Notes under the pieces: generated by a model | What the model was told of the DNA's origin: nothing | What the model saw: the letters and a program-made list of their open reading frames with translations, nothing else | The model's database searches: none | Virus record (IMG/VR): IMGVR_UViG_3300000439_000006 | DNA from: a virus | Lineage: Duplodnaviria; Heunggongvirae; Uroviricota; Caudoviricetes | DNA: 64,000 bases | Strand: one strand, 5' to 3' | Part shown: positions 29,346 through 38,692 of the stretch, one piece after another | Layout of the letters: the number at the start of each line of letters is the position of its first letter | Numbering within the stretch: the first letter of the stretch is position 1 | Translations under genes and position numbers: made by a program

Positions 29346-30274
29346 CCCTTGTTAAACTCTGCTTTCATGAATACAATGTTAGAACTATTAGGACTATTTC
29401 TAGACTTAATAATATGCATGGCGATGTCATCACTAGTCATCACATAACCATGGGGACCATATACAGGTACATCAGCTATGTAAGGGCGGTTCATCACAGA
29501 CACCATGTCTGAACACTGCATTAGACAATCACCACCAAAGATATCACTACTAGTTGGATAGTTACCTATATTTCCTGGTATTTTTCTTACGGCTTCATCA
29601 ATACTTCTGTTAAGTTGACTTAACATAATAACAATAATAGGGAGATCTCTTTTTACTCTAACTAAAGTTTCACCAGTGTTGTACAAAGTGTTCATCTTTT
29701 CTCTTTCTGAAACGGACTGTTTGATTAACCAACTATGGTCTATCGTGACGATGAGAGGCTTACCACCCAACGCATTATAATAATGGTGGATAGCTTTCTC
29801 CATCTCAAGATGTGTCATAGAGTCGCTAATCAAGTAACGCATAACTCCTAGCTTTTCTAAAGCTAATGTGTCATGCATGTGTTGGATCATCTGTTTATGA
29901 GCGAAGTCTTGCAACTCAGAGTAGGCGCTAAGAACAGTGTTGTAATCTAAAGCTGTCTCTGCAGCGAAAGCTCTTGACGCATACTGTTTAGTTCCCATCT
30001 CAAACTGAAACTCCAAGATGTTAAAATCCACCCCAGGGTTTAACATTCGAGATTCTCTAAGTATCTGACTTACGATCATTGTTTTGCCAGATCCGGGTCT
30101 AGCACCTATCGTCCATAGGGAGCCCCATTCTAAACCATTGACACCGGAAGCGTTAATCCCGGCCCATGGAGTTTTGAAAGACACGTTACGTCCTTTCTTT
30201 CTATCTTCTATATATATCAGACCCTCTCTAAGGATTTCTGAATATCGTCTCGCCCCAAACGGGTTTTTTTCCAT
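29261..30274 (-). CDS. DnaB-like replicative helicase (RecA-fold C-terminal domain)
   Basis: WTIGARPGSGKTMIVSQI resembles the DnaB Walker A (AARPxMGKT). A Walker-B-like LIVTIDHSWLI is also present. Confidence 0.6.
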   Translation of the reverse strand: MEKNPFGARRYSEILREGLIYIEDRKKGRNVSFKTPWAGINASGVNGLEWGSLWTIGARPGSGKTMIVSQILRESRMLNPGVDFNILEFQFEMGTKQYASRAFAAETALDYNTVLSAYSELQDFAHKQMIQHMHDTLALEKLGVMRYLISDSMTHLEMEKAIHHYYNALGGKPLIVTIDHSWLIKQSVSEREKMNTLYNTGETLVRVKRDLPIIVIMLSQLNRSIDEAVRKIPGNIGNYPTSSDIFGGDCLMQCSDMVSVMNRPYIADVPVYGPHGYVMTSDDIAMHIIKSRNSPNSSNIVFMKAEFNKGCMRESMPPTVSNPTGGGSGKAPRWRTT

Positions 30275-30338
30275 ATGCTCTTAGAGATTTTGAGCTTACA
30301 AATATAGATCTTTGATGTGTTATAAACAAAAAAAATCT

Positions 30339-30917
30339 TTAGTAAGCTCGTGTTAAAATTGTTGGATCATCTTGTATCATTTGACAATAATCCGCCAGTT
30401 TAGATGTAACATTCTTATGTACGTCCATCTTCTTTATGAAGTATGAACTAGTCATCGTATACTGATAGGCTGTAAGCTGTTTCTGCATAAGATAATACTG
30501 GGTAGCATCTAAAACAAGGTCCCAGGAAAACTCTGGATAGGTTTTGAAAAACCAAACAAATTTGTCCTTAAGCTCTCGTACGGTTTGTCTAGCCACTTCG
30601 CCAGATGGAAACTTTCCTACAGGAAACAACTCTCTATATTCGTTTAGTTTTCCTAAAAAGTCTTCTCCTAGAACGGATGAGGTGACAGCTTTTTTAGTTT
30701 TTACTAAGAATGTTTCAAATTCTTCCAGGATGTTCATAGCTTCATGACTTAATACTCCATGTTCATCAATAAACCCCTTGGCACGAGCGAGCTTATATTC
30801 TTCCTCTACATTGACTATCTTAGATGGTTTGATCTTCCACCTGCAACAATCCAGAAAGTATAGCTGATTCGGACTTATCTGATATCTGATCAGATTCGTC
30901 CACAATTGGTGACTCAT
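30339..30917 (-). CDS. Hypothetical protein
   Basis: 192-aa ORF. Confidence 0.45.
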   Translation of the reverse strand: MSHQLWTNLIRYQISPNQLYFLDCCRWKIKPSKIVNVEEEYKLARAKGFIDEHGVLSHEAMNILEEFETFLVKTKKAVTSSVLGEDFLGKLNEYRELFPVGKFPSGEVARQTVRELKDKFVWFFKTYPEFSWDLVLDATQYYLMQKQLTAYQYTMTSSYFIKKMDVHKNVTSKLADYCQMIQDDPTILTRAY

Positions 30918-31362
30918 CGGTTTCTATATTTAATGTTTCTCTAAGATGTCTATCAATCATCTGATATTTTGCTCTGAATGTTTCTTCTGTGTCCATCCTA
31001 TCAGCAAAAGACCTTAGATTGTGTATGACAGTGGTATGATCCCGATTTCCTATAGAGTGTCCTATAGTTTTTAAGCTATATTTCATTCTTTTAGCCATGA
31101 AACAATATATGTTTCTTAGCTCGACAAGGTCTCTTTGTCTACTTTTATTGTGAAGATGAAGCTGTCTACCATAACGCATAGGAAGAAAAGGTATAAAAAC
31201 ATCTTTAAGATCTTTTAAACTTATGATTCCTGTGTCATTTGTAGGTAGATTTTCCTTACCAATCACTATGGGGTAGTATCCCATCTTCTCATGAAACTCA
31301 CTACGGAACTTAGTGATAAGTTTCTTTTCCATGTTATACGCGTATAGCGTAGCTGTATCCAT
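30820..31362 (-). CDS. Hypothetical protein
   Basis: 180-aa ORF at the top of the minus-strand block. Confidence 0.45.
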   Translation of the reverse strand: MDTATLYAYNMEKKLITKFRSEFHEKMGYYPIVIGKENLPTNDTGIISLKDLKDVFIPFLPMRYGRQLHLHNKSRQRDLVELRNIYCFMAKRMKYSLKTIGHSIGNRDHTTVIHNLRSFADRMDTEETFRAKYQMIDRHLRETLNIETDESPIVDESDQISDKSESAILSGLLQVEDQTI

Positions 31363-31390
31363 GATAAAATATTTATGTGAATAGATATTT

Positions 31391-32065
31391 TTGTACTCAA
31401 AAAACCGTATATTATATTGTAGATTAAATACAAAAGCTTTATATATGTCTAGAAACTTCTATGCCCAACAAGATCACCTAGGTTTTCCAATACCAGGTAC
31501 AATGATGTTTACAACGGCTCCTTTGCCTATTCCGAAGAATACATTCGCTATTCTTCCGCAAACATACACTCCAGGTGTATACCAACAACAACGTGTTCAC
31601 CCAGGTGGAATTCGTTATTTTGTTCGTAAACTAGCTAATGGAGACATTATTCCGAATACATTGTTCTTAAGTACAACACAACCTGCTGGATTGTGGTGGG
31701 AACTTAAAGTGTTTTACAATGCTCCAGGTATCCATCCTATAGGTAATATTACTACAGGTTTAGACTACACCGGTGCAGGTCCTTCGTCAACAGTTACGCA
31801 GGGTATTTCTTTCTACCATATAGCTCCGGGTGAGATTGTTACTGTTTCTCATACTAATACCAACTTTGAAATATCTACTGATGGTGTAACTTGGACTACA
31901 GGAAGTGTGACATATACTGTTGGAACTACAGATCCAAGTGTTGCTAATCTTTATATAAGATTAAAAGCTGGTTTATCAGTTGCTTCTTATACAGAAACAA
32001 TAACTTTAAGCTCTCATACAGTTGTTACTCCAGTAACTTTCTCAGTGACTGGAACAGTATCTTAA
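31391..32065 (+). CDS. Hypothetical protein, possibly structural or fibre-like
   Basis: 224 aa, rich in T/G/V, on the plus strand. Confidence 0.45.
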   Translation: MYSKNRILYCRLNTKALYMSRNFYAQQDHLGFPIPGTMMFTTAPLPIPKNTFAILPQTYTPGVYQQQRVHPGGIRYFVRKLANGDIIPNTLFLSTTQPAGLWWELKVFYNAPGIHPIGNITTGLDYTGAGPSSTVTQGISFYHIAPGEIVTVSHTNTNFEISTDGVTWTTGSVTYTVGTTDPSVANLYIRLKAGLSVASYTETITLSSHTVVTPVTFSVTGTVS

Positions 32066-32085
32066 TCCTTTAAAACCTCCTTCTG

Positions 32086-32427
32086 ATGGCGACAACCCCA
32101 TTAGCTGAAAAGATAAAAGCCTGGTCTTTTAATGGACTTGTAAGTGTTCTCGGTTTAATGATTTGGACCGACCTACAAACTATTAAAACAACGTTAGCAA
32201 ACGCAACTAATCAAACAACTACAGATAAAGCTAATATAACCAATCTGGAAAACAGAGTGAATAAGTTAGAAGCTGTAGTGTATAAACAACCACGTTTAGT
32301 TAAGTCTGAACAGAACATTCCTTCAGAACCTCCTAAAGATAGCGCTCCTCTTTTTACAAGAGTGATAGCTACCAAACCTGATGAAAGAGAACTAGTAGTT
32401 AAAATCATCAACAAAACAACCTTATAA
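32086..32427 (+). CDS. Hypothetical membrane-anchored coiled-coil protein
   Basis: An N-terminal hydrophobic segment (LVSVLGLMIWTDL) is followed by a coiled-coil-like region. Confidence 0.4.
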   Translation: MATTPLAEKIKAWSFNGLVSVLGLMIWTDLQTIKTTLANATNQTTTDKANITNLENRVNKLEAVVYKQPRLVKSEQNIPSEPPKDSAPLFTRVIATKPDERELVVKIINKTTL

Positions 32428-32960
32428 TGGCATATAGAGGATTATTTGAGTCAATAGATTGGCTTACAAAACAAATGAATATTATTTTAAGACTAGTACC
32501 TATTCCTTATCAAGGTTCTTTTGAAGATAGCACCACACAGTCTAGCGCAGGTATTACATCTGTAAACGTAGTTACATTTAACAGTACATCACAATCTAAT
32601 GGTGTATCTATTGTATCTAACTCTCATATAACATACACGAATCCTGGAACCTATCTTATCAACTTTCTTGGTCAGTTTTTCTTTACAGGTGGAGCTAGTA
32701 ACTATAACATCACTGTTTGGTATAGAAAAAATGGAGTTGATGTACCAGGAACAGCATATACTTTTACAACAACTGGAGCTCAAAACAACCAAACATTAGC
32801 CAACTTAGAAGATATTATCACTGTAAATGCTGGTGATTATATTCAAATATGTTGGTGGGCTGCAGCTGCTGGAGTATCTCTTACACCTACAGTCGCTGGA
32901 ACAAACCCTATAACACCTGCATCAGCAAGTGCTAATCTAAACACTTGGAGAATTGGATAA
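32427..32960 (+). CDS. Hypothetical protein
   Basis: 177-aa ORF. Confidence 0.45.
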   Translation: MAYRGLFESIDWLTKQMNIILRLVPIPYQGSFEDSTTQSSAGITSVNVVTFNSTSQSNGVSIVSNSHITYTNPGTYLINFLGQFFFTGGASNYNITVWYRKNGVDVPGTAYTFTTTGAQNNQTLANLEDIITVNAGDYIQICWWAAAAGVSLTPTVAGTNPITPASASANLNTWRIG

Positions 32961-33261
32961 ACCTTTAAAAATACTCTATATGAAATTTGGACCTCAACAC
33001 TACTTTAGTGTTACCCCTAAGAAAATTGTACAACTAGCTGATGCTATAGTAGGTGCCAGTGTATTCGCTGGATCTATAGCTTCTTTAAATGGACATCCTA
33101 TTACAGGTACTGTTGTGTTTATAGCCGGTGTGGTTGCTAAAACAGCTTCTAACTTTTTCGGTGAAGAAGTTAAAGAAGAATCTGTAACCACTGTTGTAAC
33201 AGAAAATAATCCCGAAGTAGCTGCAGCTGTTTTAGAAACAGCTATTTCTCCACAAGTGTAA
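32953..33261 (+). CDS. Small membrane protein (holin-like candidate)
   Basis: 102 aa with hydrophobic stretches (GASVFAGSIASL...VVFIAGVVA). Confidence 0.35.
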   Translation: MDKPLKILYMKFGPQHYFSVTPKKIVQLADAIVGASVFAGSIASLNGHPITGTVVFIAGVVAKTASNFFGEEVKEESVTTVVTENNPEVAAAVLETAISPQV

Positions 33262-33262
33262 T

Positions 33263-33892
33263 ATGAACAAAAACCTTCTTCCTTATATAGTGATAGCGGT
33301 GTTAGTAATCGTTATATTTCTACAACGTAGTTGTAAATCTGTAGATCTTCCTAAAGAAACTATAGATACGCTATCAAAGAAACATGTTATTGTGTATGTA
33401 CCTATTCACGATACTACCAAGGGAGCTATAATCAGACTTCCAGGTAAACGTGATACAACATGGTTACATGATACAGCTTACACTCCAAGTGAAGATTATA
33501 ATAATCTGTTAAAACAATATGATGAGCTGGGAGATAAATACTTCCGTCTCAACACATATAAAACCAAGTTTCCTATAAAGAACTATGGATCTATCACTGT
33601 ATACGACTCAATAGTTTCTAACTCGTTAGTTGCTACAGTGGCTATAGATAGTCTTAAAATACCGGAATTCCACGATACATTCACCATAACTAAAACAATA
33701 CCTGATGAACCTAAGCGACAGCTTTATTTTGGTGGTAGCTTGTTTACTGGCAAGTTTGATCCACTTAGCGCTGCTCAAGTGGGGTTTATCTATAAAGATA
33801 AACGTGATCAGGTTTTTACTATTGGTGTTATGTATAACGGTGCTCTTTCTGTTGGTGGTGGATATTATTGGAAGATTAAACTTAAACATTGA
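33263..33892 (+). CDS. Signal-anchored hypothetical protein
   Basis: N-terminal TM (LLPYIVIAVLVIVIFL). 209 aa. Confidence 0.45.
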   Translation: MNKNLLPYIVIAVLVIVIFLQRSCKSVDLPKETIDTLSKKHVIVYVPIHDTTKGAIIRLPGKRDTTWLHDTAYTPSEDYNNLLKQYDELGDKYFRLNTYKTKFPIKNYGSITVYDSIVSNSLVATVAIDSLKIPEFHDTFTITKTIPDEPKRQLYFGGSLFTGKFDPLSAAQVGFIYKDKRDQVFTIGVMYNGALSVGGGYYWKIKLKH

Positions 33893-34311
33893 TGAACTGG
33901 AAAAATTTTGGTATTAACCTAGCTGATGGCGTAGCTTCTTTTGTAGGAAGCTGGACTTTTATAATCTGGCAGACAGTGATCCTCGTTATATGGGGAGCTG
34001 TAAATGTTTTACACTTTAGCAACTTTGATCCATATCCTTTTATCCTGATGAACTTGTTATTATCAGCCCAGGCAGCTTATGCCACCCCAATGATTCTAAT
34101 GAGTTCCAATAGACAAGCTATTAAAGATAGAGAAGAACTACTTAAAGATCTTAAAGTTGACCAGGAGTCTAAAGAAATACTACAATCAATGATGATACTT
34201 CTTGTAAAACTAGAAGAAGATCTAGCTTTAGATAGACAAGCTATCAGAGAACATGCTAAGATCTTATCTGAGATTAAGAAAATCAAAAAAACTACTAAAT
34301 CCCATGGCTAA
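33889..34311 (+). CDS. DUF1003-like membrane protein (holin candidate)
   Basis: Two TM helices immediately upstream of, and overlapping, the endolysin start (ATGGCTAA overlap). Confidence 0.45.
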   Translation: MMNWKNFGINLADGVASFVGSWTFIIWQTVILVIWGAVNVLHFSNFDPYPFILMNLLLSAQAAYATPMILMSSNRQAIKDREELLKDLKVDQESKEILQSMMILLVKLEEDLALDRQAIREHAKILSEIKKIKKTTKSHG

Positions 34312-34840
34312 TTTTGACTTATACTTTCCTAAAGAAGTAGCTTTTGAAGGATCCGCTTATGAAAATGTTCCAGGTGATACAGGAGGCTGCACCAAGTTTG
34401 GACTTACACTAGACGATCTTAAAGAATTCATATTAGATACCGATCATAACGGTGTGTTTAACTGTGAAGACGTCAAGGCTATATCAAGAGAACAAGCTCA
34501 TAGTGTACTTAAGAAACTTTACTGGGACTATTTTAAAGCTGATGATATACCTGAACAAAGCTTAGCTGAATTCATAGTTGACTCTGGGCTTAACCAAGGC
34601 CGCGTTTTAATTGTCAAATACATACAGAACCTTCTAGGTGTAGAAGTGGACGGACACTTCGGACCTAAAAGTTTTCAGTTTCTACTGGACAGAATAAAGA
34701 TTGACCAGGGTAAAGCTACATTTAACCAGTTGTATGCTAAAAGATATGAAAGATATAAAGCGATTGTAGCTAACAACGCTTCACAAAATAAATTTTATGC
34801 AGGATGGATAAACCGTCTTAACTCAATTAAATACTCTTAA
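34304..34840 (+). CDS. Endolysin, GH108-type muramidase with a C-terminal peptidoglycan-binding domain (start taken at the internal MANFDL)
   Basis: EGSAYENVPGDTGGCTKFGLTLDD resembles the GH108 EGGxxNDPxDxGGxTxxGIT motif. It is followed by a PG-binding-like helical domain. Confidence 0.6.
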   Translation: MANFDLYFPKEVAFEGSAYENVPGDTGGCTKFGLTLDDLKEFILDTDHNGVFNCEDVKAISREQAHSVLKKLYWDYFKADDIPEQSLAEFIVDSGLNQGRVLIVKYIQNLLGVEVDGHFGPKSFQFLLDRIKIDQGKATFNQLYAKRYERYKAIVANNASQNKFYAGWINRLNSIKYS

Positions 34841-34841
34841 C

Positions 34842-34967
34842 ATGGCTAAAGGTAGTGTAACTAACGCTAACAAAGTGACCTTTGGGTCGCGTAAAGGTGG
34901 GAAGGCAAAGAAGTCTTCCGGACCAAAAGATAAGAAAGTTTCCAAGTATATTGGACAAGGAAAATAG
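34842..34967 (+). CDS. Small basic protein (41 aa); low confidence
   Basis: Reads MAKGSVTNANKVTFGSRKGGKAKKSSGPKDKKVSKYIGQGK. It lies just upstream of the terminator and is too short to appear in the ORF track. Confidence 0.3.
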   Translation: MAKGSVTNANKVTFGSRKGGKAKKSSGPKDKKVSKYIGQGK

Positions 34968-34995
34968 GGGCTCGTAAGCCCCTATTTCATTTTTA
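34965..34995. terminator. Bidirectional intrinsic terminator
   Basis: TAGGGGC-tcgtaa-GCCCCTA hairpin followed by TTTCATTTTT, at the convergent gene junction. Confidence 0.6.
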
Positions 34996-36537
34996 TCTAA
35001 CAACTTTTCCTTTGGTATTCACCTTAAAGATCTTGTGGCCATCAAACATTACAGCTTGTCCTCTATCAGCATATTTAGCTATAGTTTCGGCTATGAAAGA
35101 ACCAAATCTACAACCTTCTACACCAATGAAGAAAGCCTTCTCTGAATAAATACTACAATTATCTTCAGCATCTGTGATGATGAGCGCATTGTCATCGTTC
35201 TTAGATATGTGATCTAATACTTTGTCGATGCTAGTACCACCATTCAAACCGATTCCCGCGATACTAAAGATATTTGGATTCAACTCTGTAACCCTGTCGT
35301 TAAAGACAAAGATCTTGTTTAAGAGATCCATTTGTTGAAGCTTATATGCAAAAGCTTTACAAAAATCAAGCTTATCGATGTTGTTTCCATTAACATCTTT
35401 CACACCACATGTACCGGACATAGAACCAGAGATATCGATATAGATGTTAATCTTACCAATATTCTTTGTATCCTTCACCTGCACATCTTCTATCATAAAC
35501 TTTCTTAGCTTAGGATGTAAAAACAGATAGTCATCAATACCAGCGATGTTGTCAGTGTTGAATAAGTCTTCATACTTAGTCTCCTGTTTAGAAGAAAAAT
35601 AGTTTTTAGATCTATCCATCAGCTTCTTGATGTTTTCCTTAAGAGATCCCATAGAAAGATTGATACGAGCTAGCTTGTCAGCTACACGTTTCATCTCTCC
35701 TGGATCCAGCTTAGCGGCACCTTGTCCACCCTGTGCATTATCAAACATACCTTCTTGTGTAGGTTTGTCCATGGCCTGGTCTATACTCTTACACAGATCC
35801 TGTGCTTGTTGTATAGCTTTTTCCATTTGGTTCTTAGACTGTTGGTTGTCCAACATGTCTTTCATAATCTGATCCAATCCTGGATTATTGGATCCATCTC
35901 CATTCAACCCATCCATCATCTGATCATGTTTATCCGAATCTATATACTCCAGAAGAGTCATCTGACTCAAGAAATATTGTAACACATTTCTTGTGAAGAT
36001 GGAACTCTTTAGATTACTAGTTTCAGACATAATCTTACCGACAGGGTTATTAGCTCTCTCTAAAAACTTGTATTGTGCATAGTTTTTATCAGTGCGTTCT
36101 GTGAACTCCATCTGATTCATCTTATGATAATACATCTTAAAGATGTCGTTCTTCATATGGGCAGGAAACTTTTTATAGTTTTCTTCCATCTTTTTGGTAA
36201 AAGCATTAAGATCTGGTTTCTTATCCTGTGGGATACTTTGGCCAGCCTTACTCTTTATCATACTCTCGAACGCTTCTTTAACGTTGTTAGCATCTTTTAT
36301 ATATGTGTCACATATGTTTTGTAAACGATTTTCATCGATATAGTGCATATGCGGCTTGATAAGATCAGCTTTTTTATAAAAGCTCACCTTGTCAAACAAA
36401 CCACCTTTGTCTTTATAGTGAGATGTGATCTCACCTTTTTTCACTTTCTCTAAGATGGTGTAAGGATTTTTAATATCCTTCTTAGTACTACCCGTTTGTA
36501 ACTTCTGACCTGTACTCAGACTACGTAAGTTTGCCAT
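34993..36537 (-). CDS. von Willebrand factor A (vWA) domain protein
   Basis: IYIDISGSMSG is the MIDAS DxSGS motif. 514 aa, directly downstream of the MoxR-like ATPase gene. Confidence 0.6.
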   Translation of the reverse strand: MANLRSLSTGQKLQTGSTKKDIKNPYTILEKVKKGEITSHYKDKGGLFDKVSFYKKADLIKPHMHYIDENRLQNICDTYIKDANNVKEAFESMIKSKAGQSIPQDKKPDLNAFTKKMEENYKKFPAHMKNDIFKMYYHKMNQMEFTERTDKNYAQYKFLERANNPVGKIMSETSNLKSSIFTRNVLQYFLSQMTLLEYIDSDKHDQMMDGLNGDGSNNPGLDQIMKDMLDNQQSKNQMEKAIQQAQDLCKSIDQAMDKPTQEGMFDNAQGGQGAAKLDPGEMKRVADKLARINLSMGSLKENIKKLMDRSKNYFSSKQETKYEDLFNTDNIAGIDDYLFLHPKLRKFMIEDVQVKDTKNIGKINIYIDISGSMSGTCGVKDVNGNNIDKLDFCKAFAYKLQQMDLLNKIFVFNDRVTELNPNIFSIAGIGLNGGTSIDKVLDHISKNDDNALIITDAEDNCSIYSEKAFFIGVEGCRFGSFIAETIAKYADRGQAVMFDGHKIFKVNTKGKVVR

Positions 36538-36566
36538 ATTGACCGTTTTTTAGGATTTTTAAAAGA

Positions 36567-36593
36567 GAAGCAGAGGCTAGTGGCCTCTGCTTC
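36567..36593 (-). promoter_or_regulatory. Perfect 11-bp stem hairpin between the MoxR and vWA genes (attenuator or terminator candidate)
   Basis: GAAGCAGAGGC-tagtg-GCCTCTGCTTC. The minus-strand downstream flank is only moderately T-rich. Confidence 0.4.
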
Positions 36594-36628
36594 AGTAACT
36601 TATAAGCTGATTGGTAAAAAATCCTGAT

Positions 36629-37628
36629 TTAGAAAGGGTTGTTAATAGCTTTTGCAGCATCAGCGCTCCCACCACTTAATTCACCCATCAAAGTGTCAAA
36701 ATCTTCTACGTTGTAATCTTTACGAGCTGGATGGCTTTGTAAGATGTACTGAATAGATGTTTCGATTTCTTCCACTTGATTTTGATCCATGATACCACGA
36801 GTAGAATACGCGTTGATACCAGCTTCTATCTCAGCGATAGCTAATTCAAGCTGCTCGTTGGTTGTATAAGAAGCTAACATTTCCACTTTACTCATGATAG
36901 CTTTCACTTCAGGAGACATCAGTTTGTTCTGAAGCTCTGAACCTGCAGCTTGAGAGATCATGATTTGGGCTGTCTTTACAAGAGCCTTATCAATGCTGAT
37001 ATCCCAGATGAAAGAAACAGCTTTAGCCAAGCCAGGAACGAAGGTTAACGTTCTGTCTGAGCTATGTTGATAACCCACTTCTAAATACTTCTCAAGCTTG
37101 TTGCTTGGGATAGTAAGAGTGGCCATCTCATCTTTACTAGGAACACCGATAGCAAATCTTTCACGATAGTTACGAGCTCCTTTGTCGAAATACTTAACCA
37201 ATTCACCGGCAGATACACGGTTAACGGTCATTTTCAACATAAATCTGTCCCAGAAAGGACTTCCCACTTCTTCTTTAGGAATCTCATTACAAGTGGCTAC
37301 AAACAGTTTCCACTTACAAGGGATTTTGTGTTTACCATTAAACAAGAACTTCTCGTTCATTACACCTAACATCGCGTTACGGATAGCTGAAGAAGCTTTA
37401 TCCACCTCATTGATGATAACAATCTCTGCGTCAGCGATCGGAGTGTTTAACGCATACTTGTTATGGGTGAACAGCTCTTCCAAATCGGGCATACCTTTAA
37501 TTTCACTAGCCTTAGTACCTTCATCAGTTTCTAAGATGTAAATCTTGTTCGCGAAGTCTTCGGCACTCATGTTACCAGCTCTGTTTAGCCAAGCCTTGGC
37601 ATATTCTATAATAGTTTTGGTTTTAGCA
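36629..37628 (-). CDS. MoxR-type AAA+ ATPase, exon 2 (C-terminal part carrying Walker B and sensor)
   Basis: IVIINEVDKA is Walker-B-like. FVATCNEIP matches the MoxR sensor (hhATxNP). The reading frame stays open 58 nt upstream of the annotated Met and reads ...AKTKTIIEYAKAWLNRAGN-M. Confidence 0.55.
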
Positions 37629-38692
37629 CAATATGTTATCCTATAGGCTCTTTATCCTATAGATCTATACCTTTATATATACGTATAGTTCAGACTATAT
37701 CATCACCAGATTTCTCTGGGCAGGACGCTCGTGTTAGCATTACCATCCTCAACATTAGTTGATAGGACTCGGCTATTAGTCGTTGAACCTTCAAGAGTAT
37801 TACTACTCAAGCTTGGCTTCTGATTGTCTTGTTTCACATCAAGAGTTTCCAGAAATTCATCCTGTTTAACGGGCGCTAGCTTAATCTCATAAGTCAGATT
37901 AGGAAAAAGATAAAGATTTTTTGATAAAAAAGTATATAACATAGAGATAGATGTAAATAAAATGGTTTCTTCTGTTTCTTTTATATGAACAGATATATTA
38001 TTATATTTAGTCATTATTCTACTTTTAGATTGTTTATCAACAGGAATAAAAGGCTCACCATGGTATCTAAATTGATAACCATGACTACTTAATCTTCCAT
38101 CATTTTGACAAACTTTAGATACTTTTCCTGTATTATTATTAGCATATTTTTGAGATGCTTTAGTAATAGATTCACAAGTATCTAGTAAGTTTCCTTCTAA
38201 ATTATACACATCTACTTTTTTACAAGGAGATCCTGTATGTTTTATTATACCTTTTTTTCTTTTATCTTTTAAAGTTTTAGCTATTTTAATAGCGGATTCC
38301 TTAGAAGGAGTATTTCTTATAACTTCTTTGGTTATGTTTATAGATGGATTTGTTAGATTAATATAAGATTGTTCTTTTTGAGTAAGAATTTTTTCTTCAC
38401 ATTGTTCTAATATATCACATCTAAAAGCTTTTAACCCATGTTTATTATATAGGTTTTGCATTATAGGATTGGTATGTTTATTGTTTAGTAGATGAGACTT
38501 GTGATCATGTAATCTACTATAAATATTAATACTACTTCCTATATAAAAATACTCTTTATCTTTTCCTTTTACTGTTATCTTGTAAATACCTGAAATCTTA
38601 TTCCAGTTTTTATGTATAATCATAATATATTAGTTTATATATATTATAAATATACAATGTTTACAAGACTTTACAAAAATTATTTTGTAGAA
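37629..38692 (-). mobile_element. Putative self-splicing (group I-like) intron carrying a GIY-YIG homing endonuclease gene; boundaries approximate
   Basis: The insertion splits the Walker-A codons: exon 1 ends ...LLVGNPGV and exon 2 begins AKTKT.... The proposed 5' splice site follows a U and the 3' splice site follows a G. The joined product reads GNPGVAKT. Confidence 0.45.
37703..38623 (-). CDS. GIY-YIG homing endonuclease (intron-encoded candidate)
   Basis: N-terminal ISGIYKITVKGKDKEYFYIGSS is a GIY-YIG motif. 306 aa. It lies entirely inside the interruption of the MoxR gene. Confidence 0.7.
   Translation of the reverse strand: MIIHKNWNKISGIYKITVKGKDKEYFYIGSSINIYSRLHDHKSHLLNNKHTNPIMQNLYNKHGLKAFRCDILEQCEEKILTQKEQSYINLTNPSINITKEVIRNTPSKESAIKIAKTLKDKRKKGIIKHTGSPCKKVDVYNLEGNLLDTCESITKASQKYANNNTGKVSKVCQNDGRLSSHGYQFRYHGEPFIPVDKQSKSRIMTKYNNISVHIKETEETILFTSISMLYTFLSKNLYLFPNLTYEIKLAPVKQDEFLETLDVKQDNQKPSLSSNTLEGSTTNSRVLSTNVEDGNANTSVLPREIW

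Noticed and set aside
38624-38692. A clear group I P1/IGS pairing in the 69 nt between exon 1 and the HEG start
   Set aside because: The segment is almost pure A/U and has no sequence complementary to the exon-1 end GGGCGU. The intron call rests on the reading-frame and Walker-A reconstruction and on splice-site nucleotides, not on a recognisable ribozyme fold.
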